Assembly: GCA_937952265.1 (NCBI GenBank)
Contig: CALFYW010000055.1
Coordinates: forward strand, 1-56,477
Source of the DNA: an uncultured bacterium
Lineage (GTDB): Bacteria > Patescibacteriota > Minisyncoccia > Phycocordibacterales > GCA-2401445
DNA length: 56,477 bases
Direction: 5' to 3'
Positions 19,884 to 30,272 of the stretch are shown here, piece by piece. How positions within the stretch are numbered: the first letter of the stretch is position 1; the number at the start of each line of letters is the position of its first letter. The translations under genes were made by a program, and so were the position numbers. The notes under the pieces were generated by a model. It ran no database searches, had not been told where the DNA came from, and worked only from the letters and a program-made list of their open reading frames with translations.

Positions 19884-21095
19884 ATGAACACTTCTGCCTC
19901 TAGAATTTCTGTTCTCGTTGCGTCGAGTATTCTCGTCAATCTTTGTGTTCAGGCTGATCCACCACTTGTAACAAACGTGCGCGCAAGCCAACGCGCTGGA
20001 ACACAGATTGTCGACATCCGTTACGATGTTACCGACCCGGACAGCCCGATTGTTACAGTGTTTCTGGCCATTTCTGCGGATGCTGGAGCCAAATACAATG
20101 TTCCGGTGCACTCGTTAAGCGGTGATCACGGTCCAGGCGTTGCCGTTGGTCTAGATCGTCACATTATTTGGGACGCTGGTGTGGATTGGGCCGGCAACTT
20201 TTCGGATCAATGCCGCGCTCGGGTGATTGCAGACGATGGGTCGGGGCCTCCCGCGCCATCCGACATGGTGCTTATTCCATACGGCCCATTCAACATGGGT
20301 GATCCATTTTTCGAAGGTGATCTGCAGGAGCTCCCGGTTCATACCGTAGAAATCAACTCATTTTTTATCGATCGCTACGAAGTCGACCGTGAGCTTTGGC
20401 TTGACGTTTTTACGTGGGCTATTGGACGTGAGTATAATTTCTCAACAGGTGGCACATATTCCGGAGTGGGTCATCCTGTTCGGCAAATGACTTGGTATGA
20501 CGCGGTAAAGTGGTGCAATGCACGGTCCGAGAAGGCTGGCCTAACCCCTGTCTATTATACAGACGTTGCGCACACTACGGTCTACCGGTCTGGGAACTCC
20601 TCTCTATCAAACGAACAGGTTGACTGGACAGCGAACGGCTACCGTTTGCCGACTGAGGCTGAGTGGGAAAAGGCCGCTCGTGGAGGGGTTCCCGGTCTGC
20701 GATATCCGTGGGGTGATGATTTGGATGGCAAGAACGCTAACTTCTTCGGTAGCGGTGATGCATTTGAACAGGGGGGCTCCACTACTCCAGTTGGCTATTT
20801 TGATGGAACCCAAACTCCTGAGGGAGATGATATGGCAAATGGCTATGGGCTCTACGATATGATTGGGAATGTGGCCGAGTGGTGCTGGGACAGATTCGCA
20901 TCCACCTCGTATAGCCAACCGTGGGCTTCAGAACCAGATCCGCGCGGTCCAACTTCTGGGGATCGACGCGTTCTACGCGGCGGAGCGTTTAATAACGCTC
21001 CCTCGACAATGTCTCTTCGCATCTCTGCCCGCGGGTCATTTTCACCCGTTAACAGCGTCTCAACGGCTGGCTTTCGCTGTGTTCGAGGATTTTAG
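19884..21095 (+). CDS. Secreted FGE-sulfatase (SUMF1-like) domain protein
   Basis: Signal-like N-terminus MNTSASRISVLVASSILVNLCVQA. Motifs MVLIPYGPFNMGD, VRQMTWYDAVKWCNARS, GYRLPTEAEWEKAARGG, YDMIGNVAEWCWD, RVLRGGAF and GFRCV. Confidence 0.9.
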   Translation: MNTSASRISVLVASSILVNLCVQADPPLVTNVRASQRAGTQIVDIRYDVTDPDSPIVTVFLAISADAGAKYNVPVHSLSGDHGPGVAVGLDRHIIWDAGVDWAGNFSDQCRARVIADDGSGPPAPSDMVLIPYGPFNMGDPFFEGDLQELPVHTVEINSFFIDRYEVDRELWLDVFTWAIGREYNFSTGGTYSGVGHPVRQMTWYDAVKWCNARSEKAGLTPVYYTDVAHTTVYRSGNSSLSNEQVDWTANGYRLPTEAEWEKAARGGVPGLRYPWGDDLDGKNANFFGSGDAFEQGGSTTPVGYFDGTQTPEGDDMANGYGLYDMIGNVAEWCWDRFASTSYSQPWASEPDPRGPTSGDRRVLRGGAFNNAPSTMSLRISARGSFSPVNSVSTAGFRCVRGF

Positions 21096-21109
21096 ATCGA
21101 GCGCGCATC

Positions 21110-23383
21110 ATGCACTGTTTCGTTCAAAAACTGCTTTTCGTCGTCGCTGGATGGATAATTCTCTGCGTCGACCTTTATGCAAGTATTAGCATCAGTGAGT
21201 CTGAACCGTTCACTTTAGACACTCGGTTTTACGGCAACCTAGGCGTCTCAGATTCGCTCGCCACATTTACGCTCGATACTCGGTTTGGGCGTAACTCAAT
21301 CCGCCGGAACGATTCGCACCTGTTCATTCTCGACACCCGATTCACGAGCAGCAGGGCATTAGTCATCTCGGACACATTCACGGTTAATACCAGATCTGTT
21401 TCATCTCCAATGATTCAGCTCAGCGGTTTTGTCCGCGACACTCATGGCACTCCCCTGGCTGCGGACATCTTTGCATTGCGCGACGGCATCACACGCGCTG
21501 TTGCTCAAAGCCGTGGTGATGGCCGCTACAATCTCGCTTTACCCACAGGGACATACGAACTTCTTGCTTTTAAGGCCGGATGGCTCAGGGAGGAATTAAA
21601 GATTACGCTTCATGATTCAATCACAGAATCTTTGAATTTGTTTCTTGAACCAATGCCGCCGCTTCCAGAAATCCGCGTCTCCAATCGAGAATATGAAGAA
21701 GGTCAAGTCCCGGTAATTCAACCAATCTCGTCTCAGCTCAATGTTTTTGTAAGCTCCGAAAACGGGTTCCGGTTTGGTGTTCCCAGCGATCCCTCAAAAA
21801 TGACTATCGTAATGACCCACGGATGGATCCCCGAGGGCCCCGAATCCCCTTACGGAATTGATGGATGGCCAACGCTCATGGCTCGCGCATTCTTTGATAG
21901 CGGGGGGTCAAACGTTGCAAACTTGGTTGCCTGGCAGTGGCATTCTGAAGCTGAAGATTGTTTGTTTTGGGCAGCTGGTCGCACCCGTAATCAGGGCACC
22001 GCACTTGGTAATGCCCTAATCCAAGCCCTCGGGAGCGAATACGAGAAGCCAATTCACTTTATTGGTCACAGCCTCGGCACATTGGTAAACGCAGTTGCCG
22101 CTAACTATATCCATGGTGATTCCAAGGAAAAACCCACACGTCCTCTAAAGCCATTTAGAACCCATTTGACATTATTTGACGATGCGGAACTTACCGAGAA
22201 CAATCTATACACCTATATTCTCGGAATAGCAGACCTCAGGATTGACTGCACGCTCGGAAGATCTCAGGATTTCACACCGATTCCACATCGATTTCATTGG
22301 ATTGATAACTACATTACTGCAGTCGGGCAGCTTCGGCATCGTCCCAATCTAGTGAACGTTCTCCTTACAAGCGGACGACTTGGATATTCGTATGATACGG
22401 TTCCCGAACTTGTTGACGCCTTGATCGATTATCATGGTGACGCACAAAAGTGGTATCAATCGACCATCGAAGATCCGACCAGCAGTGCGATGGGGAATGC
22501 CAACTCGTTCGAACGTGACGGATTCGGAGTACGATTCGGTCAGAGCTCAGCGTATTTCGTTCAAGTTGGTGATGGTGCTACCGTTTCAGAAATCAGCCGA
22601 GATGAAGCTGAAAAGATTTCATCCTCACGGGTAGCGGTATACACGCTCATAATCGATGATGGAAAAGCACGATATTTGGCGGATTTTGCCAATGGCGCAA
22701 TTGAAAAGGTCGGTGATGTTGGCGTTTGGTGGGTGGAAACCCTTAATCGCTCATTTGATCGAGGTGAGGAATCGATCGCTCGTTGGTCATTGCGGCTTAG
22801 GTTGGGTGGTAAACGAGGTCAAATTGAAATGAACAAGCGAACGACGAATGCAACGGAGTCAATACCCACATCGCTGTCGAGTTACTTATGGATTCCCGTG
22901 CTTATTCCGACCGAAGCAACGTTTATGTCATTTGACTTTAGTTTTGATGGAGTCTCTCGCGACCACAATCTCGTCTGTGGAATCAACGGAATAAACGTTT
23001 CATCGATTGAATCATTGCTTTTTTCTGACAAAGAAAAGTTCAATAGTGGGCAGATCAATATTTCGGAATGGAGCGGTCAGTCCACAGACCTTTTCTTTGG
23101 GTTGCTTGGTGACGATTCTCATAACGGAACCGTCACTGTCGACAACATTCAATTTTTTTCGTCTGCTTCGAGATCACGTCTCGAGGTATTCAAAACCGAA
23201 GGGAGGATACGCATTTCTTGGCCGATTTCCCCCTCCGAATATACTCTTGAAACTGCAACAATTTTCAATCCGATGATGTGGGAAGCTGTAAGCGGCACCC
23301 CCACGGTGGACGATTTCAGGTTCACTGTTCAACAGTCGATCGATTCTGGGACAACTCGATTTTACCGTCTACGAAAGAATTGA
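21110..23383 (+). CDS. Secreted multidomain protein: FTLDTRF repeats, carboxypeptidase-regulatory-like domain, lipase-type alpha/beta hydrolase (757 aa)
   Basis: Hydrophobic N-terminus. 4x F(T/I)(L/V)(D/N)TR motif. LSGFVRDTHGTPL...GDGRYNL.LPTGTYEL. Nucleophile elbow IHFIGHSLGT preceded by IVMTHGW. Confidence 0.85.
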   Translation: MHCFVQKLLFVVAGWIILCVDLYASISISESEPFTLDTRFYGNLGVSDSLATFTLDTRFGRNSIRRNDSHLFILDTRFTSSRALVISDTFTVNTRSVSSPMIQLSGFVRDTHGTPLAADIFALRDGITRAVAQSRGDGRYNLALPTGTYELLAFKAGWLREELKITLHDSITESLNLFLEPMPPLPEIRVSNREYEEGQVPVIQPISSQLNVFVSSENGFRFGVPSDPSKMTIVMTHGWIPEGPESPYGIDGWPTLMARAFFDSGGSNVANLVAWQWHSEAEDCLFWAAGRTRNQGTALGNALIQALGSEYEKPIHFIGHSLGTLVNAVAANYIHGDSKEKPTRPLKPFRTHLTLFDDAELTENNLYTYILGIADLRIDCTLGRSQDFTPIPHRFHWIDNYITAVGQLRHRPNLVNVLLTSGRLGYSYDTVPELVDALIDYHGDAQKWYQSTIEDPTSSAMGNANSFERDGFGVRFGQSSAYFVQVGDGATVSEISRDEAEKISSSRVAVYTLIIDDGKARYLADFANGAIEKVGDVGVWWVETLNRSFDRGEESIARWSLRLRLGGKRGQIEMNKRTTNATESIPTSLSSYLWIPVLIPTEATFMSFDFSFDGVSRDHNLVCGINGINVSSIESLLFSDKEKFNSGQINISEWSGQSTDLFFGLLGDDSHNGTVTVDNIQFFSSASRSRLEVFKTEGRIRISWPISPSEYTLETATIFNPMMWEAVSGTPTVDDFRFTVQQSIDSGTTRFYRLRKN

Positions 23384-23785
23384 TTTAATATTCCTCGCCG
23401 ACCTGGCGGACACGGATGTGTTTTTTGAAATTGCGGTGCCGCCACGCTCATTCCGGAAACCTGTTTCGGAGAAAGCGAATCTCACGTGTCATAATGCTGA
23501 CTTGTGTCTCAATTCTCTTTAGCTGCTTCAGGGATTAGGCTTTATCACGTTCGGGCAATTTGGCGCAAAGTGCCCTAAGCTTTATTAACGACTGACACAC
23601 CGCTAAGTATTCCTGTACGCATCGACCGTGGAGGGTGTCATAGAAGTTCCTTTTAATCTGCTCAAGCTCCAAGAATCCGCGAACTGATGGGATCTCAGAA
23701 CTTATTTGCACGTGGACTTTTCGTTTCCGCATTTCGTGGCGAGTTTGATTTTCGAGCGCTGATCGACGAGATTATTTTTGAGAGG

Positions 23786-23908
23786 TGTCACCGGTCGCTT
23801 CAAAATGACCCACCCTGGACGGTTGAGATTTAGGGTTTCGGGTTGGCGATTTCAACGAATTTCGACAGGTTGAGGGTTGAGGTTGCATTTGGGAGGATTG
23901 GGTTCTGC
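23786..23908. mobile_element. Solo left-end fragment of the same IS21 family member
   Basis: tgtcaccggtcgcttcaaaatgacccaccctggacggttgagatttagggtt... aligns to 8944..~9090 of the complete copy, minus one 24-bp subterminal repeat unit. No istAB follows. Confidence 0.85.
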
Positions 23909-24260
23909 GGGAGGGCAACTCGAGCGCCAAAGCGGCCGTGGAATATACTTATGAGTTTTTCATCAACATTTTCCAGTTTGTAGTTTTCGACAGATCCTGT
24001 TCGCACACTCGAGATCAATTTCGAGGAGGATGAGGGAATCCAGCAGGCAGCCTGTCGCCAGTGAGGATTACCAAGCTATTTACGCTTACACCGCACGGAA
24101 TCTTTCAGACTTTCAGAAAGGTTTTCGTGCCTTCCATAGCGCTTGAGGATCCGAGAGGGTGAGCTTTGCGAGGTCGCTCCTCCGCGAGCTCGCGGGCGCT
24201 TTTCTCAATCTACGTGTCTGACAATTATCCACAGAGTCAGGGCGGTTTGCAGGGTATACT

Positions 24261-24743
24261 GTGACTATGGAGACAATCGCTTCTTGGCTCGCTACCAATT
24301 GGTTTGGCTTGGTTCAAACCGGGGCAATTTTCGCGGTCGTTCTCCTTCTTCGGCAGGCCATCCTCCGAGATGCCCGCATTCGTCAGATTGGGAATTCAAT
24401 TCAGCTGACCGAGCAACACCGAACCCTTTGGGAACGATTGATTTCCGAAAAGGAGCTTTCGCGGGTGCTTGCCGAGAAGGTCAACCTGTCGAGGCAACCG
24501 ATCACGCAAACCGAGGAAATGTTCGTCGTGTTTCTAATCCTCCACCTGAGCGATTCTTTCTACGCAATCGAAACGGGATTCTATCCGCGTCCGGAGGGCA
24601 TTGCCAAAGACGTCAAACAACTTTTCTCGCTCCCGATTCCCAAACGGGTTTGGAAGAAGGTCAGGGGATTTCAAGATGCAGCGTTCGTGCAGTTTGTCGA
24701 TCGCTGTCTGGATGCTCAAGAATCAGATTCCCGGGCCACGTGA
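24261..24743 (+). CDS. Hypothetical N-terminally membrane-anchored protein (160 aa)
   Basis: TM-like WFGLVQTGAIFAVVLLL followed by a soluble domain. Preferred over the overlapping Arg-rich 203-aa frame. Confidence 0.5.
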   Translation: MTMETIASWLATNWFGLVQTGAIFAVVLLLRQAILRDARIRQIGNSIQLTEQHRTLWERLISEKELSRVLAEKVNLSRQPITQTEEMFVVFLILHLSDSFYAIETGFYPRPEGIAKDVKQLFSLPIPKRVWKKVRGFQDAAFVQFVDRCLDAQESDSRAT

Positions 24744-24861
24744 GGGTTGGATAGGTAATCGTCGATCGCGAGCGTGACGATTCACCAGCCCCGCACGTTG
24801 AATCGGCAATACCATGAGCCAATGGCTGCCCGGATCGTTTTGGAACCCGGTCTCCCCCCAG

Positions 24862-25083
24862 CTATTTCTTCGCCTTCGCCCAGCGTTTGCGGGCCGCCGC
24901 GGCAATCTTGGAGCGCGTTGCTTGGCTCATCGAACGCTTCGCCGCCGCTTTCCGGGGGCGTCCAACCTTCCGTGTCCCGCCCAACACCGCATCAATCTCG
25001 GTGAGCCGTTGTTTGATTCGATCCCGTTCTGCGATCAATGAGTTCCGCGCATCGATAAACTGTTGAAGATGACCAATGTTCAT
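24862..25083 (-). CDS. Small basic coiled-coil protein (74 aa from MNIGHLQQF; the ORF track extends to 25236)
   Basis: Coiled N-half and a Lys/Arg-rich tail GRPRKAAAKRSMSQATRSKIAAAARKRWAKAKK. This is nucleoid-protein-like in composition only. Confidence 0.45.
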   Translation of the reverse strand: MNIGHLQQFIDARNSLIAERDRIKQRLTEIDAVLGGTRKVGRPRKAAAKRSMSQATRSKIAAAARKRWAKAKK

Positions 25084-25253
25084 GAGCGTGGATTGTATGA
25101 GGCCGAAAGTGATCTTTGTCAATTTGATAGATCGAATGTCAAAATTGTAGTGGAACGTAGAGGAGGGAACTGCTTTAGTGTAGAAATCATCCCCCGATAT
25201 AGATACCGGCGAAGCACGGATGGACTCTCCCGACACGATAATCAGCGCAGATC

Positions 25254-25469
25254 ATGCATACCTATGATTTTACCATACGGTGTTCGGAATGCGGTTTCAG
25301 TATCATTGGAATGCTTGCCCTCGGTCGCACGATTTCCCAGCAACAACAGGAACTGTCAATTCGATGCCCTGAATGCACGAGCTGGATCACCGGGCAAGCA
25401 TATGCGAGTGTTCCGATCCCGGAGGTCACGGATTGGCGGCCTGGAGATCCGCAAAATGCGCTGAGTTAG
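25254..25469 (+). CDS. Small zinc-ribbon protein (71 aa), paralog of 39080..39295 and 38438..38691
   Basis: Two CxxC knuckles (RCSECGF ... RCPECTS). Shares the N-terminal pattern M.T.(D/E)F.(I/F)RC..C with the other two copies. Confidence 0.5.
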   Translation: MHTYDFTIRCSECGFSIIGMLALGRTISQQQQELSIRCPECTSWITGQAYASVPIPEVTDWRPGDPQNALS

Positions 25470-25549
25470 CCGATGGCGCTGGGCGCATCTCCGAATGAGG
25501 ACAGATTTTGCTGGGCTACCGAGTTTGGATCGTGTATTGGTCGGTGGAA

Positions 25550-26398
25550 ATGGGTTCAGCGTTTGTCGTGCAGGGGATGTCGGTGGATGCCGATCGACTG
25601 GATTGGCTTCGAGGGTTGATCGAACAAAACGGCGAGTGGAGCCGCAAGCGTTTGGCGCGTGAATTGTGCCTGCGCTGGGATTGGCGCAACGAGCAGGGCA
25701 GGTTGAAGGACTTCGCGGCGCGTAGTTTCCTTTTGAAGTTAGAAGCCGGTGGTTGGATTGAGCTGCCTGCGCTCCGGGAGGACCAGAGGCGCAGGCCCAG
25801 GTCGGTGGCCGAATGGGAAGGGTGGCGCGAGCCCGCGCCATGGGAGGGCTGCCTGAGGCAGTTGAAGCCAGTGGTTTTGGAGGTAGTCAGGGCCGGCACC
25901 GAGGCGGCACGACGCTGGGCCTTTTTGCTCGACCGTTATCACTATTTGGGGTTTCGGGTGGTCGGGGAGAACCTGGGGTATTTGGCCTATGATGGCCGTG
26001 GCCGTGAATTGGCGTGCCTGTTGTTCGGAGCGGCCGCCTGGCGGTGTCGGGCACGAGACATCCATCTGGGTTGGACCAGCGAACAACGAACGATTGGATT
26101 GTCGCGTTTGGCCAACAACACGCGCTTTTTGATTCTGCCGTGGATCCAGGCGCCGCATCTGGCCAGTCATCTTCTGAGCCGAATCGCTCGGCGGATCAGC
26201 GAGGATTGGCAATCCAAATACGGCCATGGATTGAAGTGGCTGGAAACCTTCGTGGATACCACGCGATACGCCGGCACGTGTTATCGAGCCGCCAATTGGG
26301 AGTACGTCGGACAGACAACCGGACGCGGCCGCCAAGATCGTGAGCATCGCTTGGCGGTCCCGCCAAAAGCGGTCTACCTCTTACACCTGCACGCATGA
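25550..26398 (+). CDS. DUF4338 (Druantia DruA-like) domain protein, first gene of the ISKra4-like element
   Basis: YHYLGFRVVGENLGY, LFGAAAWRCRARDIHLGW, NNTRFLILPWIQAPHLAS, LETFVDTTRYAGTCYRAANWEYVGQTTGRGRQDR. The start was chosen at MGSAF by comparison with the paralog at 34888. The stop overlaps the transposase start (ATGA at 26395..26398). Confidence 0.85.
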   Translation: MGSAFVVQGMSVDADRLDWLRGLIEQNGEWSRKRLARELCLRWDWRNEQGRLKDFAARSFLLKLEAGGWIELPALREDQRRRPRSVAEWEGWREPAPWEGCLRQLKPVVLEVVRAGTEAARRWAFLLDRYHYLGFRVVGENLGYLAYDGRGRELACLLFGAAAWRCRARDIHLGWTSEQRTIGLSRLANNTRFLILPWIQAPHLASHLLSRIARRISEDWQSKYGHGLKWLETFVDTTRYAGTCYRAANWEYVGQTTGRGRQDREHRLAVPPKAVYLLHLHA

Positions 26399-27639
26399 AT
26401 GAGCTTCTGAGTTTGGAACAATCGGTCCTAGCCGAAGGCCAAGAGTGGACGCGTCGGCGATTGGAAGCTCAGGCGCAGAGCGAAGTAAACCTTTGGGGGG
26501 CGATCTGCCCGCTCAGCGGGACGGTGTTGAAATATCGCAAGCGGCAGAGGCTCAAAATCATCACCTGCGCGGGAGTGATCGTCTTGAAATCAATCCGAGG
26601 CTTTTCATCGGCCCTGGGCCGATGGGTCAATCCGGCGCGCGAACGCTGGGGACTCAAACCGAAGCAGCGGATTAGCCCCGAACTTCAGTCTCGTCTGGTT
26701 TTCAACGCAACGGCCACCGGCTCCTTTGAAAAAGCCGCCGCCACCGCACGCCGCTGGGGCACAACCATCAGCGATGATGCCGTGCATGCGGTGGTGCAGC
26801 GATTGGGTGAAGCGGCGCAAGTTTTAGCGTTGCCCGCCATAGCGTCAGTGACGGTCGAGCCGGAGTTCTCAATGGTGATTATGATGGATGGATGGATGGT
26901 GCGGCGGCGGGGACCGGATTGGGGTGCCGAGCTGGGCAAGAAACCAGCCGACCGGATTGAGTACAAAGAGGTTAAAAGCGCGGTGATCTACCGCTTGGAA
27001 CAAAACGTCAAGAACGCCTCTGGCCGAGGCTTGTTGTTACAAAAGTATGTGGTGGCGGCTCCACCCGAAACCGAGCCGCTGGAGTTCGGGGCTGCCGTCC
27101 AAGCCCAGGCGCTACGCCACGGCTTGGGTCGGGCTAAGAAAACCTATGTTGTGATCGATGGGGCTGTCTGGCTATGGCATTTGGCACAAGACCGGTTCGG
27201 CGGCGCTATTCACGTCCTGGATTTTCATCATGCAAGCGAGCATCTCTGGGCGGTGGCCCATGCTGTTCATGGCCAGGGCAGCGACGCAGCCCGCGCCTGG
27301 GCCGAAGGGCTACTCCACCAACTACGTCATGGCCAAGAGGCCAACGTGGTTCGAAGCCTGGAAGAGTTGATCGCCCCAGATACCGGGCTATCGCAGAGCG
27401 TTCGCGAGGCCATACGACAACCTGTGACGTATTTTCAAACCCACCGAAACCACATCCAATACGGGGAAATCGCCACTCAAGGCGGCCCGATCGGAAGCGG
27501 CTCGGTCGAGTCACTTTGCAGCCAGCTTCAGGACCGTTTCAAGCGCACGGGCCAGTTTTGGAAGCCTGCCGGTCTCCGCAACCTCCTTAGCTTGCACGTT
27601 CTCCTCCGCAACGACGACTTCGACGCAATCTGGAACTGA
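26395..27639 (+). CDS. ISKra4-family-like DDE transposase (414 aa)
   Basis: MVIMMDGWMV, YVVIDGAVWLWH...HVLDFHHASEHLW, GGPIGSGSVESLCSQLQDRFKRTGQFWKPAGLRNLLSLHVLLRNDDFDAIW. The family was assigned from memory of ISKra4 signatures. Confidence 0.8.
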   Translation: MNELLSLEQSVLAEGQEWTRRRLEAQAQSEVNLWGAICPLSGTVLKYRKRQRLKIITCAGVIVLKSIRGFSSALGRWVNPARERWGLKPKQRISPELQSRLVFNATATGSFEKAAATARRWGTTISDDAVHAVVQRLGEAAQVLALPAIASVTVEPEFSMVIMMDGWMVRRRGPDWGAELGKKPADRIEYKEVKSAVIYRLEQNVKNASGRGLLLQKYVVAAPPETEPLEFGAAVQAQALRHGLGRAKKTYVVIDGAVWLWHLAQDRFGGAIHVLDFHHASEHLWAVAHAVHGQGSDAARAWAEGLLHQLRHGQEANVVRSLEELIAPDTGLSQSVREAIRQPVTYFQTHRNHIQYGEIATQGGPIGSGSVESLCSQLQDRFKRTGQFWKPAGLRNLLSLHVLLRNDDFDAIWN

Positions 27640-27941
27640 CTCCAACCGGCGTCCGACCTCAATCGGAGATGCACCCGATGGCGCTCGACCCAATCGATTT
27701 TTCTTCCTTACGCTTGGAGATTCAGCTTCCATGCAGCAAGCGGGTCTGGGTAGATCGATCCCCTTCTGTCCGCCCGTTATTCGGATGGTGGGAAATACCC
27801 ACCATCCGATGTGTCCCCGCGGCTTGGCGCCCACTGGGCTACGGCAGGACCCAGCGGAGGAGGTCGAGCATCCTCCACTGCAGCTGATCTATATATACTT
27901 CGACTGAACCGAACCAACCGAACACTCCCTTAGTCACGGAG

Positions 27942-28187
27942 TCACGAGTTACCCACGGTGAGGCAGCCGTAGCTTCCGCAGGACGGGCAGTGGAACGTGA
28001 ACCCGATGAACTGATCACGATGCACGGACTTGGCAAGCAGGGCAGAGCAATTGCCACAGATCAGATTGGTGCGCCCGCCACCAATGAAACAAACGGATTC
28101 GGTCGTTCCAGCTTCGTAGTCGAGCAGACGCCCGCTGAATTCGTCGGGTTTCGGAACTACTGTCAAACGCACCTCCTGGAACTGCAT
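27942..28187 (-). CDS. Possible small zinc-ribbon protein (81 aa)
   Basis: CGNC ... CPSC pair. Several overlapping ORFs make the call weak. Confidence 0.35.
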   Translation of the reverse strand: MQFQEVRLTVVPKPDEFSGRLLDYEAGTTESVCFIGGGRTNLICGNCSALLAKSVHRDQFIGFTFHCPSCGSYGCLTVGNS

Positions 28188-28473
28188 GGATTAACACTGT
28201 ATTCGGAATATGATTTCGTCCAGGGAAAACTAACAAATCCATCGCGGAAAGATGACGCTTCCGTTTCGCATGGAAAACCCCTGCGTCGCCAAGAAATGAT
28301 GCGAATTCGTGAAAGGATTTGGCGATCAGCAGCGTATACGTATACGGCGAGAACTGTGGGGAAGTTCCCGTGACCGTGCGCCGTCGAAGAAGTCGGGCCG
28401 AGGATTGTGTTCTCGTGACGGGGAGCGTTAAGCTTTCGCCGTCGCGTATGAAAGGGCAATGTGACGCGTCAGG

Positions 28474-28790
28474 CTACTGAGTTGGCGCCGGTGCGAGCGT
28501 CAGATAGAAGGTCGCCCCCTTTTCAACAGCGCCCTCAGCCCATGTTCGCCCACCATGGCGAAGAACGATCCGCCGAACGGTGGCAAGCCCGATTCCCGTT
28601 CCCTCGAATTCCTCCGCGCGGTGGAGACGCTGAAAGACGCCAAAGAGCTTTCCTGCATACCTCATGTCAAATCCGGCGCCGTTGTCGCGCACAAACACGG
28701 TGAGTCGATTCCCGTCCATACCGGTGGTTCCAATCTCAATCTCAGCTGAAGTCTTTCGCTTCGTATACTTGATCGCGTTGCCGATCAAAT
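28474..28790 (-). pseudogene. 3' part (HATPase_c) of a sensor histidine kinase gene split by IS66
   Basis: (L)IGNAIKYT...VRDNGAGFD...FQRLH...[17 protein letters not shown]. It continues ...EQVFTNLI, which ends at 35676 on the other side of the IS. Confidence 0.85.
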
Positions 28791-28913
28791 GTAAGCGTCA
28801 ACGGAGGTGCGTGGGGTCGGTTGGGCGGGGAGCGGCGGCGGCCGGCGGCGACACGCCGGGCAGGCCCAGGTAAAGCCACGCGCGGCCGCCGATGTTGGCA
28901 GCCGACGGGCCGG

Positions 28914-29183
28914 TTATCCGCGTTGTTCGAGGCCGCTGGACGAATCGGAACTCGGCGCGGGCGGCTTCCAGCGGCTGGGCGTCAGGGTTTTCGCCTCTTG
29001 GGCCGTGATCGCAGGCAGTCGGCCGAGCACGTCGGTCAGATAATCCTGTGGATTGATATCCCGACGTCGACAGCTTTGGATGATGGTGTAGATAACGGCG
29101 CTGCGCCAGCCGGCGTCCGGGTGGCCGATAAAGAGCCAGCGGCGGCGACCGACAGCCGAAGGGCGGACATCGTTTTCCACGAG
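28914..29183 (-). pseudogene. tnpC: 3' fragment of IS66 tnpC
   Basis: (NLV)ENDVRPSAVGRRRWLFIGHPDAGWRSAVIYTIIQSCRRRDINPQDYLTDVLGRLP is the canonical IS66 transposase C-terminus. It continues from ...RFEIDNNLV at 32640. Confidence 0.85.
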
Positions 29184-29280
29184 GTTATGCCGAATGCAGG
29201 ATTATGCCGCGTGAAGTTCTGGAACTTGGATTCTTCATGGAGAACGGAGATTTTGGTGTCGGCGCACGCGGCATAATCAT
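29184..29280. repeat. RIT left terminal inverted repeat
   Basis: The reverse complement matches 32513..32609 with about 3 mismatches by eye. Contains 2 copies of the TTATGCCG motif. Confidence 0.85.
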
Positions 29281-30272
29281 AGGCTCTCAAGGAACGCTAG
29301 CAGTCGGTCTTTGGGGCGGTAGCGTTTGATTGAGGTTTTGTTTGGGCTCGCACGATCCAAGGCTCTTTCCTTCATGGCCATGTCCGCATGCACGTAGGCC
29401 TGGGTGGATTGGATGGACTCATGTCCCAGCCAGAGCGCGATGACAGTGATGTCGACCCCGCGTTGCAGCATGTCCATGGCAGTCGTGTGGCGGAGCGTAT
29501 GTGGAGTCACGCGCTTGCGCCGCAGGGATCGACACGATTCACCAGCGATTTTCGCGTACCGAGCGACCAAGCTTTGGAGAGCGTCAGCACTCAATGCCTT
29601 GCCGCCGGCGGTCGGAAAGACCGGCCTTGTTGGATCGGGCGGTTCGTGAGCGAGCCACCGTGTGAGGCTTTTGGCAGTGTCCGAACGCAACGGTGTACTG
29701 CGTGCCTTGCGCCCCTTGCCAAGACAGCGGACGTGCGGCCCGGGTCCGAGGTGGAGGTCCTGCTGACACAATGTGGTTAACTCCGTGTTCCGTAACCCAG
29801 TCTGCAACGCCACCTCCAGCAAGAGGCGATCTCTGCCTCCCCGCCAAGTTGTGGTGTCGGGCGCATTCAGGAGCGCTTTGATCTCCTCCGTACGTAGGAA
29901 TTCCACCGGGCCTCGCTCGAAACGCTTAAACGGGATCGCCAGCACTTGCTGACAGTGATGGGCAAGTCCGGGTTCCTGTAGACATACCTGCCGGAAGAAG
30001 GAGTGAATGGCACTGAGCCGATTGTTGCGGGAGCGTGCCCTGTTACCGCGATTCTGCTCGAGATGACGAAGGAACGTCGCGACGAGTTTCGCGTCCAGAT
30101 CCTCGACCTTCAGATCACTCACCGGGCAGCGCCGATGCTTGGAAGCGAACATCAGCAGGAGTCGGAAGGTGTCACGATAGCTGGAAACGGTGTGTGGGCT
30201 CGCGCCCAGTTGTCCCAACAGTCGTTCGGTGAAGAAGCGCTGGATGTGGCCGGACAGGTTCGCCGTGATCAT
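29277..30272 (-). CDS. ritC: Tyrosine recombinase, third gene of the trio (331 aa)
   Basis: C-terminal catalytic region HTLRHTTAMDMLQRGVDITVIALWLGHESIQSTQAYVHA. 4-bp overlap with the preceding gene. Confidence 0.9.
   Translation of the reverse strand: MITANLSGHIQRFFTERLLGQLGASPHTVSSYRDTFRLLLMFASKHRRCPVSDLKVEDLDAKLVATFLRHLEQNRGNRARSRNNRLSAIHSFFRQVCLQEPGLAHHCQQVLAIPFKRFERGPVEFLRTEEIKALLNAPDTTTWRGGRDRLLLEVALQTGLRNTELTTLCQQDLHLGPGPHVRCLGKGRKARSTPLRSDTAKSLTRWLAHEPPDPTRPVFPTAGGKALSADALQSLVARYAKIAGESCRSLRRKRVTPHTLRHTTAMDMLQRGVDITVIALWLGHESIQSTQAYVHADMAMKERALDRASPNKTSIKRYRPKDRLLAFLESL

Larger units (their letters stand above)
25481..27676 (+). mobile_element. ISKra4-like insertion sequence carrying a DUF4338 gene plus a DDE transposase
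   Basis: 20-bp IRs gggcgcatctccgaatgagg (25481) and cctcaatcggagatgcaccc (ends at 27676). The 9-bp direct repeat gatggcgct lies at 25472..25480 and 27677..27685. Confidence 0.8.

Noticed and set aside
24143-24754. 203-aa ORF overlapping 24261..24743 in another frame
   Set aside because: Arg/Gly/Ser-rich translation. The 160-aa frame has a TM helix and protein-like composition.
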